A stretch of 64,000 nucleotides of DNA from the human T2T-CHM13v2.0 reference genome, Homo sapiens. The DNA lies in the NCBI RefSeq assembly GCF_009914755.1, contig NC_060927.1; one strand, written 5' to 3'. Shown here piece by piece: positions 27,818 to 43,346 of the stretch. The notes below the pieces were generated by a model. It searched no databases. It was not told where the DNA came from and saw only the letters and a program-made list of their open reading frames with translations. Position 1 is the first letter of the stretch. Every line of letters starts with the position of its first letter. The translations under genes were made by a program, and so were the position numbers.

Positions 27818-28225
27818 TCTCCATATATATATATATATATATTCTCTTTATATATATCTATTCTCTTTATATATATATATTCTCTATATATATATTCTCT
27901 TTATATATATATTCCCTTTATATATATATATATTCCCTTTATATATATATTTAAGGAGAGAATATATATATATAAGATCTCTATATATACAGAACTAATA
28001 ATAGGACATATATATGTATATATATATATATATATACACACTCTATCTTGAGAGAGACAGAACTAATAATAGGATATATATATAGGATTATATATATAGG
28101 ATATCATATATACCCTATATATACTATATATTAGTATATATATAACAATAAGATATATGTAGGATATATGTAGGATATCCTATATATATACTATATATTA
28201 GTATATATAATAATAGAATATATAT
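27755..28225. repeat. Complex (TA)n-based micro/minisatellite with inverted segments
   Basis: (TA)n runs punctuated by ttctct/ttccct and by inverted LTR pieces. Confidence 0.95.
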
Positions 28226-28779
28226 CCTATTATTAATTCTGTCTCTCTAGAGAACCCTGACTAATACAGATACTATAAGTATTTGCTATCATTCCTAATG
28301 TTTTTATAATAAGAGCAAGTGAAACATGCAATATCTTCTATTTGCATCAGTATATTACCAATTTTTAATGCCCCTTACTAATTAATGAGAATTTTTATGC
28401 CTCAAGTAACTAATTTTCAATGACACTGAAAAATTGACTGAAATTCAATAACAAAAATAGTGTTAAAACTAATGATAACTATATTATTCAAGAGCTTAAT
28501 TATAGGGTGAATTCAAAGTGAGCATTGAGGTACAGAAAAAATGTATTTTATTCTAGAATATATGCTTTTCTTATATAACGTAACCTATATTCAAAGATTT
28601 TTTAATGTAAGTTATATACACTGTTGATTATTATTGAAGTTACTGTTATCTAGAAACCCTTAAGATGCTTAACCAGCTAAACCAGTCTGTAATTGTTCAT
28701 TTTGGAATTGGATTTTATTGCTGTCCCTTAGTTTATCTACAAGGAGATTTGCTGCATTTGATTTAGTTTCACCTTGTTG

Positions 28780-29100
28780 AGGCCTTTTTTACATGCTAAT
28801 ATTGTCATCCAAAATACTATCCCTTGCAGCTTCATATCAACTTTTATTTAAATAATCATATTTTCATAAGCGGTGATAAGAGTTAAACAGAACAGGACTG
28901 AGAAAAAAGCCTTATGCTCTGCCACTGGAAATGTTTCCTTAAGTTGACATTATTTTATAAATAGGCATGTTTGTATATTCCTATTTCATTTATTACAAAT
29001 CTATAGTCTCAACTCAAAGCTACTTGCTGCCATCTTTTCCTCACATATTATATAAATGATCTGGTTTAAAGCCATTTTGAAATTCAGATCTGTCTCGTGT
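28780..29100 (-). mobile_element. L3/CR1 LINE fragment
   Basis: 'gataagagttaaacagaacaggactgag...agccttatgctctgccact' resembles the antisense CR1 RT region. Confidence 0.45.
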
Positions 29101-29172
29101 ATTTCAAGATCCATTTAATAATTTATTCTGAAATTATACTTGTGACTTATGTGTATGTTTGGAGAAAATTAC

Positions 29173-29995
<823 letters not shown>

Positions 29996-32744
29996 CATTG
30001 ATTACCTTTTATGAAAAAGGAAACAATGATTCATATGGACATTTGTTGACACATCTTCCACTCAAATGATTATTCAGAAGTCATCTGTAAGTCTATATTT
30101 GATCTTGTCAACAAATTTGTTACTCTAGGCTTGAGGCGACATATGGTTTATCTAATTTTGTAGTTGTGATTTATTTGTAGTGACACTATCAAGAAAAATC
30201 ATAGGAGTGATTTACTTCCTTATAAATGACTTTTGCAGGTATAAGATAAGGTAGTAATTGAGTACAAGTGCAATATATTTATTATTTTTGCTTTAGAATC
30301 TAATGTAATTTGAGTATGATTAATTTTCATAACTATAATCACTTCCAAGGTATATCAAAGGTAAGGACACTATTTACATTTTCTCTTAGTAATTACTATT
30401 AAAATAAATTTATATTACTTGGAAAGGAGGGAATATCATTTTTTCTCTCATATTTGTTTATTAATATGTATTCATTTTCTAGATTAACTAGTTATTATCA
30501 TAAACAGACTATCTGGGCCCTAAGATGAGTGGGGAGATGGGAGAAAGGTCAGTTGCTATGGGAAATGATGGGGGGAAAGTACGAAACACAATCTCAGGAG
30601 TCATCAGTCTTCCTTATTAGAGAGGTTGGGGTAAGGTCATTGGTTGTCCCAGTTGGGCAATTCTATGTAGGCAAGAGTGAGCCACAAAGATTTTTTTTTC
30701 TCCTATATACTTAGTCCATGGAGCTATAATTTGTGTATTGATTGTGCTTTCTTTTGTGGAAGAAATCTATTATAAAAGATAGAAAAGAAACAGAAGTGTA
30801 GGTGTTTTCCAAAATTATGGCATAAATTCAGAATGTTTTAGATTACTGCATTTGTCATCTAAAACATTTGTGTCAATTTGTGTTTGCACATGAATCTATT
30901 ACTTCTACCTATGCTTTGTATAATGCTCAGTTTATTAAGTATAAAGAACTACTAAGATGTTTTCTCTAAACATTTTAAGACTATTTACACAATTAATAAA
31001 TTAAAAATTCCAAATGAAATTTTAAACATCTCTTAGATATTTATTGACTACTGACTTAGTGGAATTCTCCTAAATATTTTAATAAAATAATAGCTTTGTG
31101 CCACCATTCTTTTAATACTTCAAATAATATAAAAATAAACAAAACATGTAAAAATATCAGATGATCCAAAATTTCTTGTTATATCGGCTTAACCTACTAA
31201 ATAGTACCCAGAAACTCTAAGGATACCACCCAGCATTTGTCTCACATGCCCTGCAGGTAACTTTAATAAGGCTAAAATTTTAGAATCACCTGCCTATGAG
31301 ATACTTCTTCATTGGTAGCACATCTATTTTTTCCTCCTTTTGTTCTCAACTGAGCTTTACCATATATTTTAAGTTTACAGAAACATTGCGTGGAAATGAC
31401 AGAAAGTTCCCATATGTCCTCTCTGCTAAGTCTGCATGATTAGTCTCTTGAAATTGCCGAAATATTCTGTGGCTTCTTAGTCTGGAATAAATGCATCATT
31501 AATAGAATCTTATATCTGTTTAAATAAATAAATCATGTGAATTCGAATTTTCTAGTATTTTTTTCTTTGTTATTTTGCCTAGTTAATTTTATTAAAGTTA
31601 ATAGGTAGAGTCCTCCAATTTCTGTCATCTAGAAAAGAAAATTGGCCAAATATATGTTTTTCAACTATTTTCCCATAATCCTCCTGTTTTTACTCACTTA
31701 AGTGCATACCTCTATTCTCCACTGAAAAGAAAGTTTCTTGGGGGTTTATTTTCACCTTACTCTTCACTTACAGCAGCTCATGTTTGCATTAACTAATGTA
31801 AAGATGGGACTGTACTGACTAAACTTAATTGAAACAAAACATGTTTGTTGGTCTACACTTCTGTTTTTGTAATTGTGGCTTTTTTAGAAAATGTCTGGTA
31901 AGGGTTAACCAAATGCCAATTTAAGATGTGATCGGAACTGAAGGAAATGATGTCTCAAAAATTACGTCCTGATAAAGCGTATCCTTATGCACCAAATAGA
32001 GTCCAAGTAAATAATTCAAAGTCATTGCTAAACTGCAAGTTTGAGCTGCATAGTAAATGCAGATGGAAATCACTTAGGTAATGTAACTGGAGATTAAGAA
32101 ATGTATACTTATATTTGAAAGATATTTCTCATTTCAGATTGAAACTGTAAAATGTTTCTTTGATGTTCATGTAACTTTGATTCTAAGCCCTTTCAAATCT
32201 TATACACTGCAAATCAACTTATGAAATGAATACTCAGAATCCTATAGTTCTATATCCTGAAAATAAATATGTCTTCCTCTGGGCCAATAAATGTAAACAT
32301 ATTCAGCTGAAACTGAAATTCCAAATTATGACTACATTCAAACATCTTTCTGAAGATTATATATAAATCAAAATACCCAGATATACATTTAGAAAGATGT
32401 TTGAATAAAATCATAATATTTATATATGAATATATACACAGTTATACTTACAGTGTGCATATCTTTTTCTTGGAAAACTTTTTATTTAAATTAAAATAGT
32501 TAAATGGTTTTTTTAAAAGAATATTATTTTTGATTTATAGATTGTAATTGCTTTACCTTTGACCATTATTTTATGGGGAATGTAATAATATAGAGAATTA
32601 ACACTGTCGAGTACAAAAACTAAAGATTTAAACAGATAGCTTTTAAATATACATGCTCCTATTTCCTGCAAATGTTATATATTATTTTACATTTCATTCT
32701 TTTTAGCATGTGAGCTATATGATGATTTTAAACCTTTTGATAGA

Positions 32745-33310
32745 CCAGCTTCTGCCATGAATTTTCTGTTGGCACTAACCTCCACATTTGCTCTTCTGTG
32801 TTGTTTTTATCACTGGGTACTGGAAGGTGGGAAACTTATTTTCCAAGCTCCATTGCCAGCTGATTTCTGGTTAGGTTCTACCTAACCATCTAACAAAGGG
32901 ATGCACTACGTCAGAGGTTAGAAAGTGAGATAAAGACAAGTTAGTTGTTCCTGGTTCTTGCAGTGGCAGAAACTGCAGGGAACCACCATAGGTTACTAGG
33001 GACAGCAGAAGTATCGGTGGTTCTGGCATGGATGGTTTCAGAGTTGCTGTGATCCAAGGTTATTAGGGTGCCTTCAGCAGCATAAGTAATTGTGATTCCA
33101 GCAGCACTGGTAACAGCAGCTGCAGCTGATGTAAGTTTCTCCATGCCGGCTGCTATGGGACCTCTAGAAGCTCTGCAATTTTATTTTCTTTAGTTAAAAC
33201 TCACCTCTCTCATGTGCTACTCCAACACTTTAAGACATTTAAGGCCACGTCTCTCTCTGGGCTTTTCTCTGCTCTCTAAAAGAATTTCTTTTTATTGGGC
33301 TAGAAAATGA
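32745..33310 (+). mobile_element. ERVL LTR (LTR33-like)
   Basis: 'ttttccaagctccattgccagctgatttctggttaggttct' and CAGCAG runs. Confidence 0.5.
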
Positions 33311-33714
33311 CTTATAAATGAGAAAAACTTGGCTTATTCATTGGAACAATTCGAAGATAAGACAGGGCATACACAGACCACACACTGTGAACAACATGAC
33401 TTGACATAGAGAATAGAGTTTTCAGTGTTAGTGTTGAGGAGATCATTGAAGATAAGTCTCAGTAGTAGAGTCAACTAACATTTGATAGGACATCATCTAG
33501 TCTTTTCTAAAAACTGATGTTAAGAACACGTAGCATGACATCTACTCTCAACAATTTTTAAGTATATTGGGAAGACTGCTATATTAGAAATGAATAAGAA
33601 AGACCTTTTGTTGCATAATAGCTATCTTACTGTGCATGTGTATTTTTGTTACATCTACTCTAAGGATTCACTTCTTAATGGGATACCCCTTGAATATGTT
33701 AAATACCCATAAAC

Positions 33715-33925
33715 ACTTAAGCTGTGGACTTAGAGCCAGTATATTTTGTTCTAAGCCCAGGTTTCTCTTCTGACAAATTACAGGGATATCAAAATTTCCC
33801 ATTCCTCATCTGGAAAATGAATTCCCTAATCCAAAACTACTTTGCAGAGCCTTTGTCAGGATCAAATGGGATAATGTATGTTAAGGTGTTTTTAGAAGGG
33901 CTGAATTCTGCATGCATGCCAGTTA
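33715..33925 (+). mobile_element. MIR
   Basis: 'ttcctcatctggaaaatg...tgtcaggatcaaatgggataatgtatg'. Confidence 0.65.
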
Positions 33926-34879
33926 TTATTGCAGAAGATTACTTCACAGCTGGAAATGGAAGGACTGTGACTCCAAAACTTAAAGAAGGTGGCTCTTGAA
34001 TCAAACAGTGACTCTGCACATAGCTACTTACATAGCTTCTGTGAGCACATTCTCTTCTGTGAGCTGTGAAGTCAGGAACAGCCCTGGAATAGGTGAGAGA
34101 TCCATGAGACAAATGATAGGAAAGAGGGAAGCACAGGCAAGAGACATGAATTGGCCATTGTTACAAATTATCATCATTGTCCTTCTCATACTCAATCAGG
34201 TGGCCTTAGAGCTGCTGCTTCTTGCTCCTGTGCCCTGTGCATTGTGCGTCCTGAATGCCTAAGGGTTGTGCAAGAAAAATCAAAGTTTATGCAATCAACA
34301 TTTTGGAAACCTTATTGCACATCAGAGCCAATAGGAAAATCTTCCTAACTAAAGATTCAAGTATATCACCCTTCTATTTGTATTTACTAGATACAGATGT
34401 CACCTAAGATTCTGAATGATTCGAGTGCCCCAGAAAATTCATCTGAATAGGTCTGAACTAAAGCACCATTTCTCAGATGTATGACCTCTGGACCAATTTA
34501 ATTGAAATGATCTTTTTTACCTGTTTAAATATCTAATTTCTAAGCCTGAGCCCAGACCATTGAATCAGAGTCTCTGAATGGTGGGTCCTGGAGCCTATAA
34601 TTTAACAACTAACCCAAGGGTTTGTAATTCATACTTAATTTTGGCAACTAAGACTAGTGGGCAAGGTCACCACAAGGCCAAGTTCTGCACCTGCTCTCTC
34701 ACCCCCTGCAACACTCTCACTCACTTTGCATCTAATTTTATTGCATCCAAAAATAAATGTTAACCTTGCTTTAAACCAAAATTAAAGACAACTAAGTTTA
34801 AAGTGAAAATCCACTAATAAGTAAATAATGGCATTGGCTTTTCTAAGCTTTACCTAGCTCTTTCCTGGTTTCCACCATA

Positions 34880-35500
34880 GCCACTTCTGCGGTTGGCATT
34901 ATCCTTCCATATTTCAGGGTTCATTTCACTTGAAATAGGTTTGGGACTCATGCAGTTTCCATAACCTAGAATGTTCCATTGACTCATTTATCTGGTTAAC
35001 TCCTAGTCGTTATTCCAAATTCATCTTATTGCCATCTCTAAGGAATATTTTCTAGTCTCTGAAGTACAGGTTATTCACTGCCTTGTATATAGAATCCAGA
35101 ACCCTTTCTGTTACATATATCACATACTATTATAAATGTCTATTTATTTGTCTTAGTCTCCGTAAGTCTCCTAGACCAGGTTCAGCAAACTTTTTCTGTG
35201 ATGTGCAGATAGTACTTATTCTTGGCTTGCAGGTGATTGGGTTTCTTTCATAATTATTCACTCTGTCCTTGCAGCATATAAGCAGCAACAGACAATAAGC
35301 ATAAAAATTTTCTGATAAATTTTTATTTACAAAAATAGTCAGTGGAAGGTGGGTCTTAGTTTGGTCCATGAGTCTTAGTTTGCTGACCTCTGCACTAGGC
35401 TGTTAGCTAAACATGGCCATTCTTATTTACTATTGTGGCCTCAAATAGAACAGTTCCTGGCCAATGATAAGCACACCATACAGATTCATTGCATGTAATG
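34880..35500 (+). mobile_element. L2 fragment interrupted by MER58
   Basis: 'cctagaatgttcc', 'tctatttatttgtct', 'agaacagttcctggcc'. Confidence 0.55.
35177..35392. mobile_element. MER58A-like hAT MITE
   Basis: TIRs caggttcagcaaact / agtttgctgacctctg; CTAG-cored 8-bp flanks. Confidence 0.8.
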
Positions 35501-35519
35501 TGTAATTTGTATAGAATTT

Positions 35520-35920
35520 AGTTCAGCTGCTAATAAACAAGCAAACAAAGTGGTTTAAATAAGGTGTAGAAGTTTGTTTCCCTATCACATGAAAGAATTT
35601 TGGAGGTAAGCCAGGCAGGGTTGATAAAAAAAGCTTCAGTGTTCTCCGTGTTTTCAGTCATGGGCTCCTGTTGGTGTACATACTCTACCATTCTTACCAT
35701 GTGGCTTTCATTCTCAAAAGGACTTCATTCATGCAGAAATGAGGAATGGAGGAAGTACATTTAAGATGACTTCCTGGAAGTCTGACATACGTCTATGTAC
35801 ATGAAATTGTCCAGGACTTAGTCCCGTGGACATATTTAGCTTTAAGAGAGGATAGGAAAAGTGGATGTTTAGCAAGAACTACTGCGATCAGCTAAAAATC
35901 GATGCCCAACAACAAAGGGA
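35520..35920 (-). mobile_element. Old MLT1 (J/K-like) LTR fragment
   Basis: 'agttcagctgc...gtggtttaaataag', 'aggacttagtcccgtggacatatttagct'. Confidence 0.5.
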
Positions 35921-36847
35921 AAAAGAGAATATAGATGTTGGTGTTCAACATGCATGTTAATGACTGATTTTGGTTGTTGCCTGGTACTTTGTTCCAATAT
36001 TATGTCTATGTATCAGTAAACTAACCCCAAATGTCATCTACCCCAAATGGCTGAAATGTGGCAGAGGCAAAGAGCAAATCCACCTCCTAGTGTTCCTTTC
36101 TACCTTCTGATTGTGCTATTTCATAAACAGAGAAGAGAGAGACTCAAGCACTTTCCATTTTGATTTTGTTTCTGAGTGGCACCAGAAGTTCATAAGTGAG
36201 TGACCTTCCTAAAAATTGTATTTTGTGATTAATGCACTCATACTTAATCTCTTGTTCTACACTTCAGGAAAACTAAAGCAACTGCTCTTGTGCATGAGAG
36301 GCAGCCTGAAACATGCATAATTACAAGTGTTTACATCTGTTTCCAAACTCTAAACCAGAACACAGAATTACTCTTGTACTGGGGCTTGCACAGTGGTCTC
36401 ATTTGTTTATTTACTTTTTGGTTCTTGAATTATATGTAAACATGCACAATGACAACAATGTTATAATATCTGACATCTGTCACATGGTGACGTTAGCACA
36501 CAGGAAGAGATTTTGGTTTTCTTTATGAAGAGTGGATATTTGATCTTCACCAGAAGAATTTTCGGATTGTAGGCTTAAAAAATAGAAACTTGTTAAACTT
36601 ACTTGTTTTCTATTAACGAGTCCCTTTTTCTTCTCCCATTCATACTGTACTTGAACAAATGGAACAATATGCTTTTCTCTGTCTCTGAATTTCTGTCCCT
36701 TCTCTGGCTCTATGTGTGTCTTGTCTTCCTCTTCCGTCTCTATTTACCTATCTACATACCTACCTGTTTTTAGACACAGACATTAGTAAATAAGTGAATA
36801 ATTATAAATCTGATTTGCTTTAGATATTATTTCAATACTCAACTTTA

Positions 36848-37544
36848 TTTTTTTTATTATTATACTTTTTCCTTTCTTTTTTTATTATTATTATACATTA
36901 AGTTTTAGGGTACATGTGCACAATGTGCAGGTTTGTTACAAATGTATACATGTGCCATGTTGGTGTGCTGCACCCGTTAACTCATCATTTAGCATTAAGT
37001 ATATCTCCTAATGCTATCCCTCCCCCCTCCCCCCACTCCACAACAGTCCCTGGAGTGTGATGTTCCCCACCCTGTGTCCAAGTGTTCTCATTGTTCAATT
37101 TCCACCTATGAGTGAGAACATGAGGTGTTTGGTTCTGTCCTTGCAATAGTTTGCTCAGAATGTTGGTTTCCAGCTTCATCCATGCCCCTACAAAGGACAT
37201 GAACTCATCCTTTTTATGGCTGCATAGTATTCCATGGTGTATATGTGCCACATTTTCTTAATCCAGTCTATCATTGTTGGACTTTTGGGTTGGCTCCAAG
37301 TCTTTGCTATTGTGAATAGTGCCACAATAAACATACGTGTGCATGTGTCTTTATAGCAGCGTGATTTATAATCCTTTGGGTATATGCCCAGTAATGGGAT
37401 GGTTGGGTCAAATGGTATTTCTAGTTCTAGATCCTTGAGGAATTGCCGCATTGTCTTCCACAATGGTTGAACTAGTTCACAGTCCCACCAACAGTGTAAA
37501 AGCTTTCCCATTTCTCCACATCCTCTCCAGCACCTGTTGTTTTC
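36848..37544 (-). mobile_element. L1PA (PA4/5-like) 3' end, 5'-truncated
   Basis: Canonical L1PA 3'UTR; ORF 37188..37511 is the ORF2 C-terminus (LLHCWWDCELVQPLWKT); TSD tactcaa(c/g)ttt at ~36836 and ~37545. Confidence 0.95.
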
Positions 37545-38508
37545 TACTCAAGTTTTACAGGACATTAATAATTCCTTGATTTGATAATAGAAGAATTTAA
37601 ACTTTCTACTTCTTGGCTCACCAATTTTATTAATGTGGCCATGTGTAATTTGAGGGAGTGAAGACCTTAGACTATTGTTCTTATCCTTAGGTTACTAGTG
37701 CTTTTTTCTTAATAATATATTCAAATGGAAGTACCCATTCTATAATCCTTATTATTGTGTTTATTTTTATTCCTCTTCCATTCCCTTACATTTGACATTT
37801 ATATTAATAAATAAAGCATTGATGTTTATTATGAGAAGATATTTCAGAACTATCAGTGGTCCTCTAACTTTAGGGTACAGAATAATCACATGTGCAACTT
37901 GTGAAAATGCAGATCCCAGGTCTTTGTTTCTAGAGATTCTGATCAAGTACATGGGAAATGTGACTAACAAATCTGTACTTTAAATTATGCAGGGTCTGTG
38001 GTTCATGCCTTTATAATAATGGGGCAGGTATGTTTTAGGTATGTTTGCCTGCTTCTGTTTATATCATTTTCCTAATGTGAAGCATAATTTGGTGATATGT
38101 GTGTGAATGTGTACTGTTTCTGTTACAGTGGGTTTTGGAGGTATTTTCTTTCCTCTCTTCTAGATTAGCAACTTTCTTTTCTTGGGCTGCTGCTCTGAAG
38201 TGTCTCCTCCCCACTCACTTTCCTCCCCAACTCCCAGTTTACTTCATTTATACCTGGCACTATCAATGCTAAAGTTCTTTCAGCAGGGCCACTTCACGTT
38301 TGCCACCTAGAAGCACATGGTAAAATTCAGATAATGACAGAATGTAGTGATGCTGGCTTGCTTTTCATTCAGTTATGGTTTTGTTATCTTCCTTTTCATT
38401 CCCTTGTATTTCTACTTCTTCCTGCATAGCATGTGTATGTGTTCTTGTCTACCTTGAAATTTAATACCTATGAAAGCCTAAATGTTGTTAGATTCTAATA
38501 GATTTTGA

Positions 38509-38817
<309 letters not shown>

Positions 38818-41032
38818 CAGTTTTGTATAAAAATAAGTCTAGTTTTCACCTTAATTTCATTTCTTGGTGTTTATGTCTTACAGAAATGCAATCTCCTGTT
38901 GTACAAATGTGCCTAATCATAAAACAGTTGCGTGCAGTACTGTACTTCAAAGTGTATTTCAAGTTATTCACTGTGGCTTTTGTGACAGATTCTTTCAAAT
39001 GATCATGCTTTTTGAAAAACAGTTCCTTTTATGAACAGATAAATATATGTCTATCAAATACAAAACTTCTAATGTAAAAAAAAAGTCTAAAGTGTTTTCT
39101 TAATTGTAGTCTATTTTATTTTTTCTCTCCTTGAAAATTACATGGATTCTTTTAAGAATTAAAATTTGAGGAGTAAGGTTTTTGGGGGATTGGTTGGCAT
39201 TACAGAATTATTGGCAGTTGGGGAATATTGAAGATTGCCTCTAACACGCAATTAAACCTGGATAAATGTTAGTAGATAGTTCTACCTGGTTGTGTATCTT
39301 TTTTAGCCTTGGTAATGGCAGAGGGTTGTAAGAAATGGCACTTTTTAACTTTAAGAATCTTTTTAAGAAAATGGTACAACATACGGTAATGAGCTTTCTT
39401 GATGTGGGCTAAGAATAGTAAAACAAGTTGCCATTGTCTTCTCTGTAAGTGTCAGATACAGGAGTGGGCTATGCTCCAATTTTTGCAGGAGATGACATAT
39501 CTAGAACCAATTCCACACTGGGAATATTAGACCAACAACCTGGAATGAGAACAAATCAATAATTTTTTCTATTGACAAGGGCAGACAGACTCTGAAACTT
39601 CTTAACTCAATTACTGGGCCACAGTTTCTAGGACTGGACTACAAAATAGGGTTCAACTTCAACGAAAGCAGGAAGATATAAGATAAAAAATGTTTCTGTA
39701 TTTATATGCTTGTATGCATATAATCAATATGAAAAACTTATTAATGGCTAGCCATTAGTTTGCATGATATTTAAAATAACATTCTGTAGAGCCCCTATTT
39801 TAAGAAATTATGTCTTTATTTGAAGTAAGGCAAAGGTTAATTGAAAATATATATTTATATATTTTTTTTTACCAAATGTATGTTAATCTATATCATTTGT
39901 TGTTCACGCATTTCTTCCTTTATTATTATTTTTTAGTATATGCATTTGAAAAAGAATGGAGACAAGGTAATTACACACTTTTCATGAGTTTGAGGAAAAA
40001 GTCCGCTTATCAAGAGTTACTAGTTATTCAAGGGAAATGGCATGCTGTATAAATTAATATCTTCATCATAAAGTAAATACAAGGGAAAATATTGTTCCAA
40101 AGGGCTAAATTTCAGCACGGAATGACCTCTTAAAGAGAGGTATACCACAATCAGCCAAATCAAAGTGTTCAAAACAATTTTGTAGTATTCTGAAGAATAT
40201 TACTTCTGTAGATATGAGAAAAGCAGGCTCCATGCTTTACAGTTAAGCATAAAGTTCACAAAACCTCTAAAACTGAATGCTGCTGATGACATAAGTGCAA
40301 ACCATTTAAAAACAGAGAAACTATCAGGCAAGATATGTTCTATCAAGCCTCCTTCCCTCCTGTGGAAAAATAAAATCAAAAAAAGAGGTCTCCATTATTT
40401 TCTGTGAAGGAAATGATTCCACTTTTGACCCTTACCCACTCCTTCATGCGTATTTTTCAAAATTATTTATTCTTTTGCCTTGCTGCTTTTACTTTTATTT
40501 GCCATATATCTTTCTTATTCAGGGACAAAAGTTAACCTTTACACACATCAGCTTATTTTCTATGTAGCTTGTTTATTACTTTAAAGGTGACATAAAATAA
40601 TTAGTTCTTTTTTATGTGTTAAATTTGTTGAATGAATAGTCTACACTTAGAGTTTCTATTTTTTAATATTTATTATTTGATTTGTCACCTGTGTGTAGTC
40701 TTCAACACACTTCTTTTAAAAAGTCAATGTCACCCGATTTCCAAATGCAGTAACTGTCTTTGAGTCCTTATTCACCTGGATTTTTGTGTCATCCCAGTAT
40801 TGATGCAACTCCATCCTTTTAAAAGATTTATTTTCTTGGGTTTCACTGGGTAGAGTTCTCTGCTAGGTCTGTCTCTATACAACTTCTCATGTAACAAATT
40901 CCTTCCTTCATTTTTCAAATTATCTCTATCTTACCTGGCCCTCATATCATCTGCTTTCCAAATTCATGACAACGACTAACACTTATTTTTGGTTCAACCA
41001 CAAATCTGTCTATGCAGTTCCAATCAAAATGA

Positions 41033-41384
<352 letters not shown>

Positions 41385-42144
41385 CACGTGCTTCTTATAA
41401 TCACCTACATTACCATATTACAAACTCAAAAATTCCTGTTAAAAAAAAAACTTAAAAGCTTCCCAATGTATATAAATACAATGTGTAAGAAATTGGATTC
41501 CCACTTTTTCTATCTACAGAATACATTTTATCAACATAGGGTTCTACTGATTCCTCTGCTGAAATTTAACTTTAAAATTTTGCTACATTTATGATACTGT
41601 CATCTATTGCTTTCATATTCCCTATATTTACATATATGTCTTTTCTCCTTTCGAAATTGAAAAATCATGAAAGACAAATCAATTTCTCTTTCTTCTAATT
41701 CTCCTAGCCCAGTTCCTGACACACAAATATTTACCACTATTATGGCTTAAATTTTAAGTATTTTTCTGAAGCTGTTAGATATTTAGGTAGTAAGTAAATG
41801 GTTCTTTTAACATAAAATCTATGTAATAGAACATACAGGGTATTTAAAACATAAACCACCTCCTTTTTCTCCCTGAAACTTAACACTAAAGTTTCTAATT
41901 ATTTATTAGCATGAATACAATCACCTCAAAACTCCTCTTTGTATAACCACAATATTGGCGTTGAAGGAATGTATAGCTATCTTCCTATGGCCGACTGAGT
42001 CAATGGAGCAGCATGAAAAAGTGTGGAGGCACAGCACAGCACACCAGATAGACAGAAACAAATATTTTATTTTTATTGTGGGTTTAGATGGTTATAACCC
42101 ATTGGAAAGAAAGTAAATAGGCATGGCATGCTTTAAAGCTCAGC

Positions 42145-43346
42145 AACAAGCATATGAAAAAACACTCAATATCACTAATCGTTAGAGAAATGCAAATCAA
42201 AACTACAGTGAGAAACCACTTCACACCAGTCAGAATGGCTGTTATTGCAAGCTCAAAAAATAACAGATGCTGGCAAGGTTGCAGAGAAAAGGGAACTCTT
42301 TTTTATTTTTTATTGTTGAGACGGAGTCTCGCTCTGTCACACAGGTTGTAGTGCAGTGGCGCGATCTTGGTTCACTGCAATCTTCACTGGGACTACAGGC
42401 ACCCACCATCACCCCTGGCTAATTTTTTGTATTTTTTTTTTTTAGTAGAGACGGGGTTTCACCGTGTTAGCCAGGATGGTCTCGATCTCCTGACCTCATG
42501 ATCTGTTAGCCTCAGCCTCCCGAAGTGCTGGTATTACAGGCACTCACCACCAAGCCTGGCTAATTTTTGTATTTTTTACAAGAGTTTCACCATCTTGGCC
42601 AGGCTGGTCTTGAACTCCTGACCTCAAGTTATCTGCCCATGTTGGCCTCCCAAAGTGCTGGGATTAAAGGCGTGAGCCACCGCACCCAGCCAGAAAAGGG
42701 AGCTCATATACTCACTGCCAGTGGGAGCGTAAAGTAGTTTAGCCATTGTGGAATGCAGTGTGGCAATTCCTCAAAGAAGTAAAAACAGAACTACTGTTTG
42801 ACCCAGCAATCCCACTGCAGGGTATATATCCAAAGGAATATAAATAATTCTGCCATAATGACTTCTGTTCACTTATGTTCACTGCAGCACTATTCACAAT
42901 AGCAAAGATGTAGAATCAATCTAAATGCCCATCAACAGTAGACTGGTTAAATAAAATGTGGTAGATATATACACCATGGAATACTATACAGCCGTAAAAT
43001 AGGACAAGATTATGTCATTTGTAGGAACAAGGATGGAACTGGAGAGCATTATCCTTAGAAACTAACACAGGAACAAAAAACCAAATATTTCACGTTCTCA
43101 CTTGTATTTGGGAGCTAAATAATGAAAACACATGGACAGAAAAAGGGGAAAACAGACACTGGGGCCTACTTGATGGTTAAGGCTCGGGGGAGGAAGAGGT
43201 TGAAGGTTAAAAAAAAAAAAAAACTGTTGGATTCCAAGCCTAGCACCTGGGTGACAAAATAATTTGTATACCAAACCACTGAGTCATAAGCTTACCTATA
43301 TAGCAAAGCTACACATGCACCTCTGAACCTAACATAAAAGTTAAAA
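42145..43346 (+). mobile_element. L1PA15-17/L1PB-like 3' end interrupted by a composite Alu
   Basis: ORF 42154 '[18 protein letters not shown]' is an ORF2 C-terminal piece; 3'UTR ends 'ctgaacctaacataaaagttaaaa'. Confidence 0.9.
42300..42691 (-). mobile_element. Three-armed composite Alu
   Basis: Right arm plus two left arms; single TSD agaaaaggga(a/g)ctc at 42285-42298 and 42692-42705. Confidence 0.9.

Noticed and set aside
27755-28225. Repeat-spacer-like periodicity (CRISPR-like)
   Set aside because: Eukaryotic AT microsatellite with no unique spacers or cas genes
32941-33144. Ala/Thr-rich ORF
   Set aside because: Derived from CAGCAG runs of an LTR33-like element
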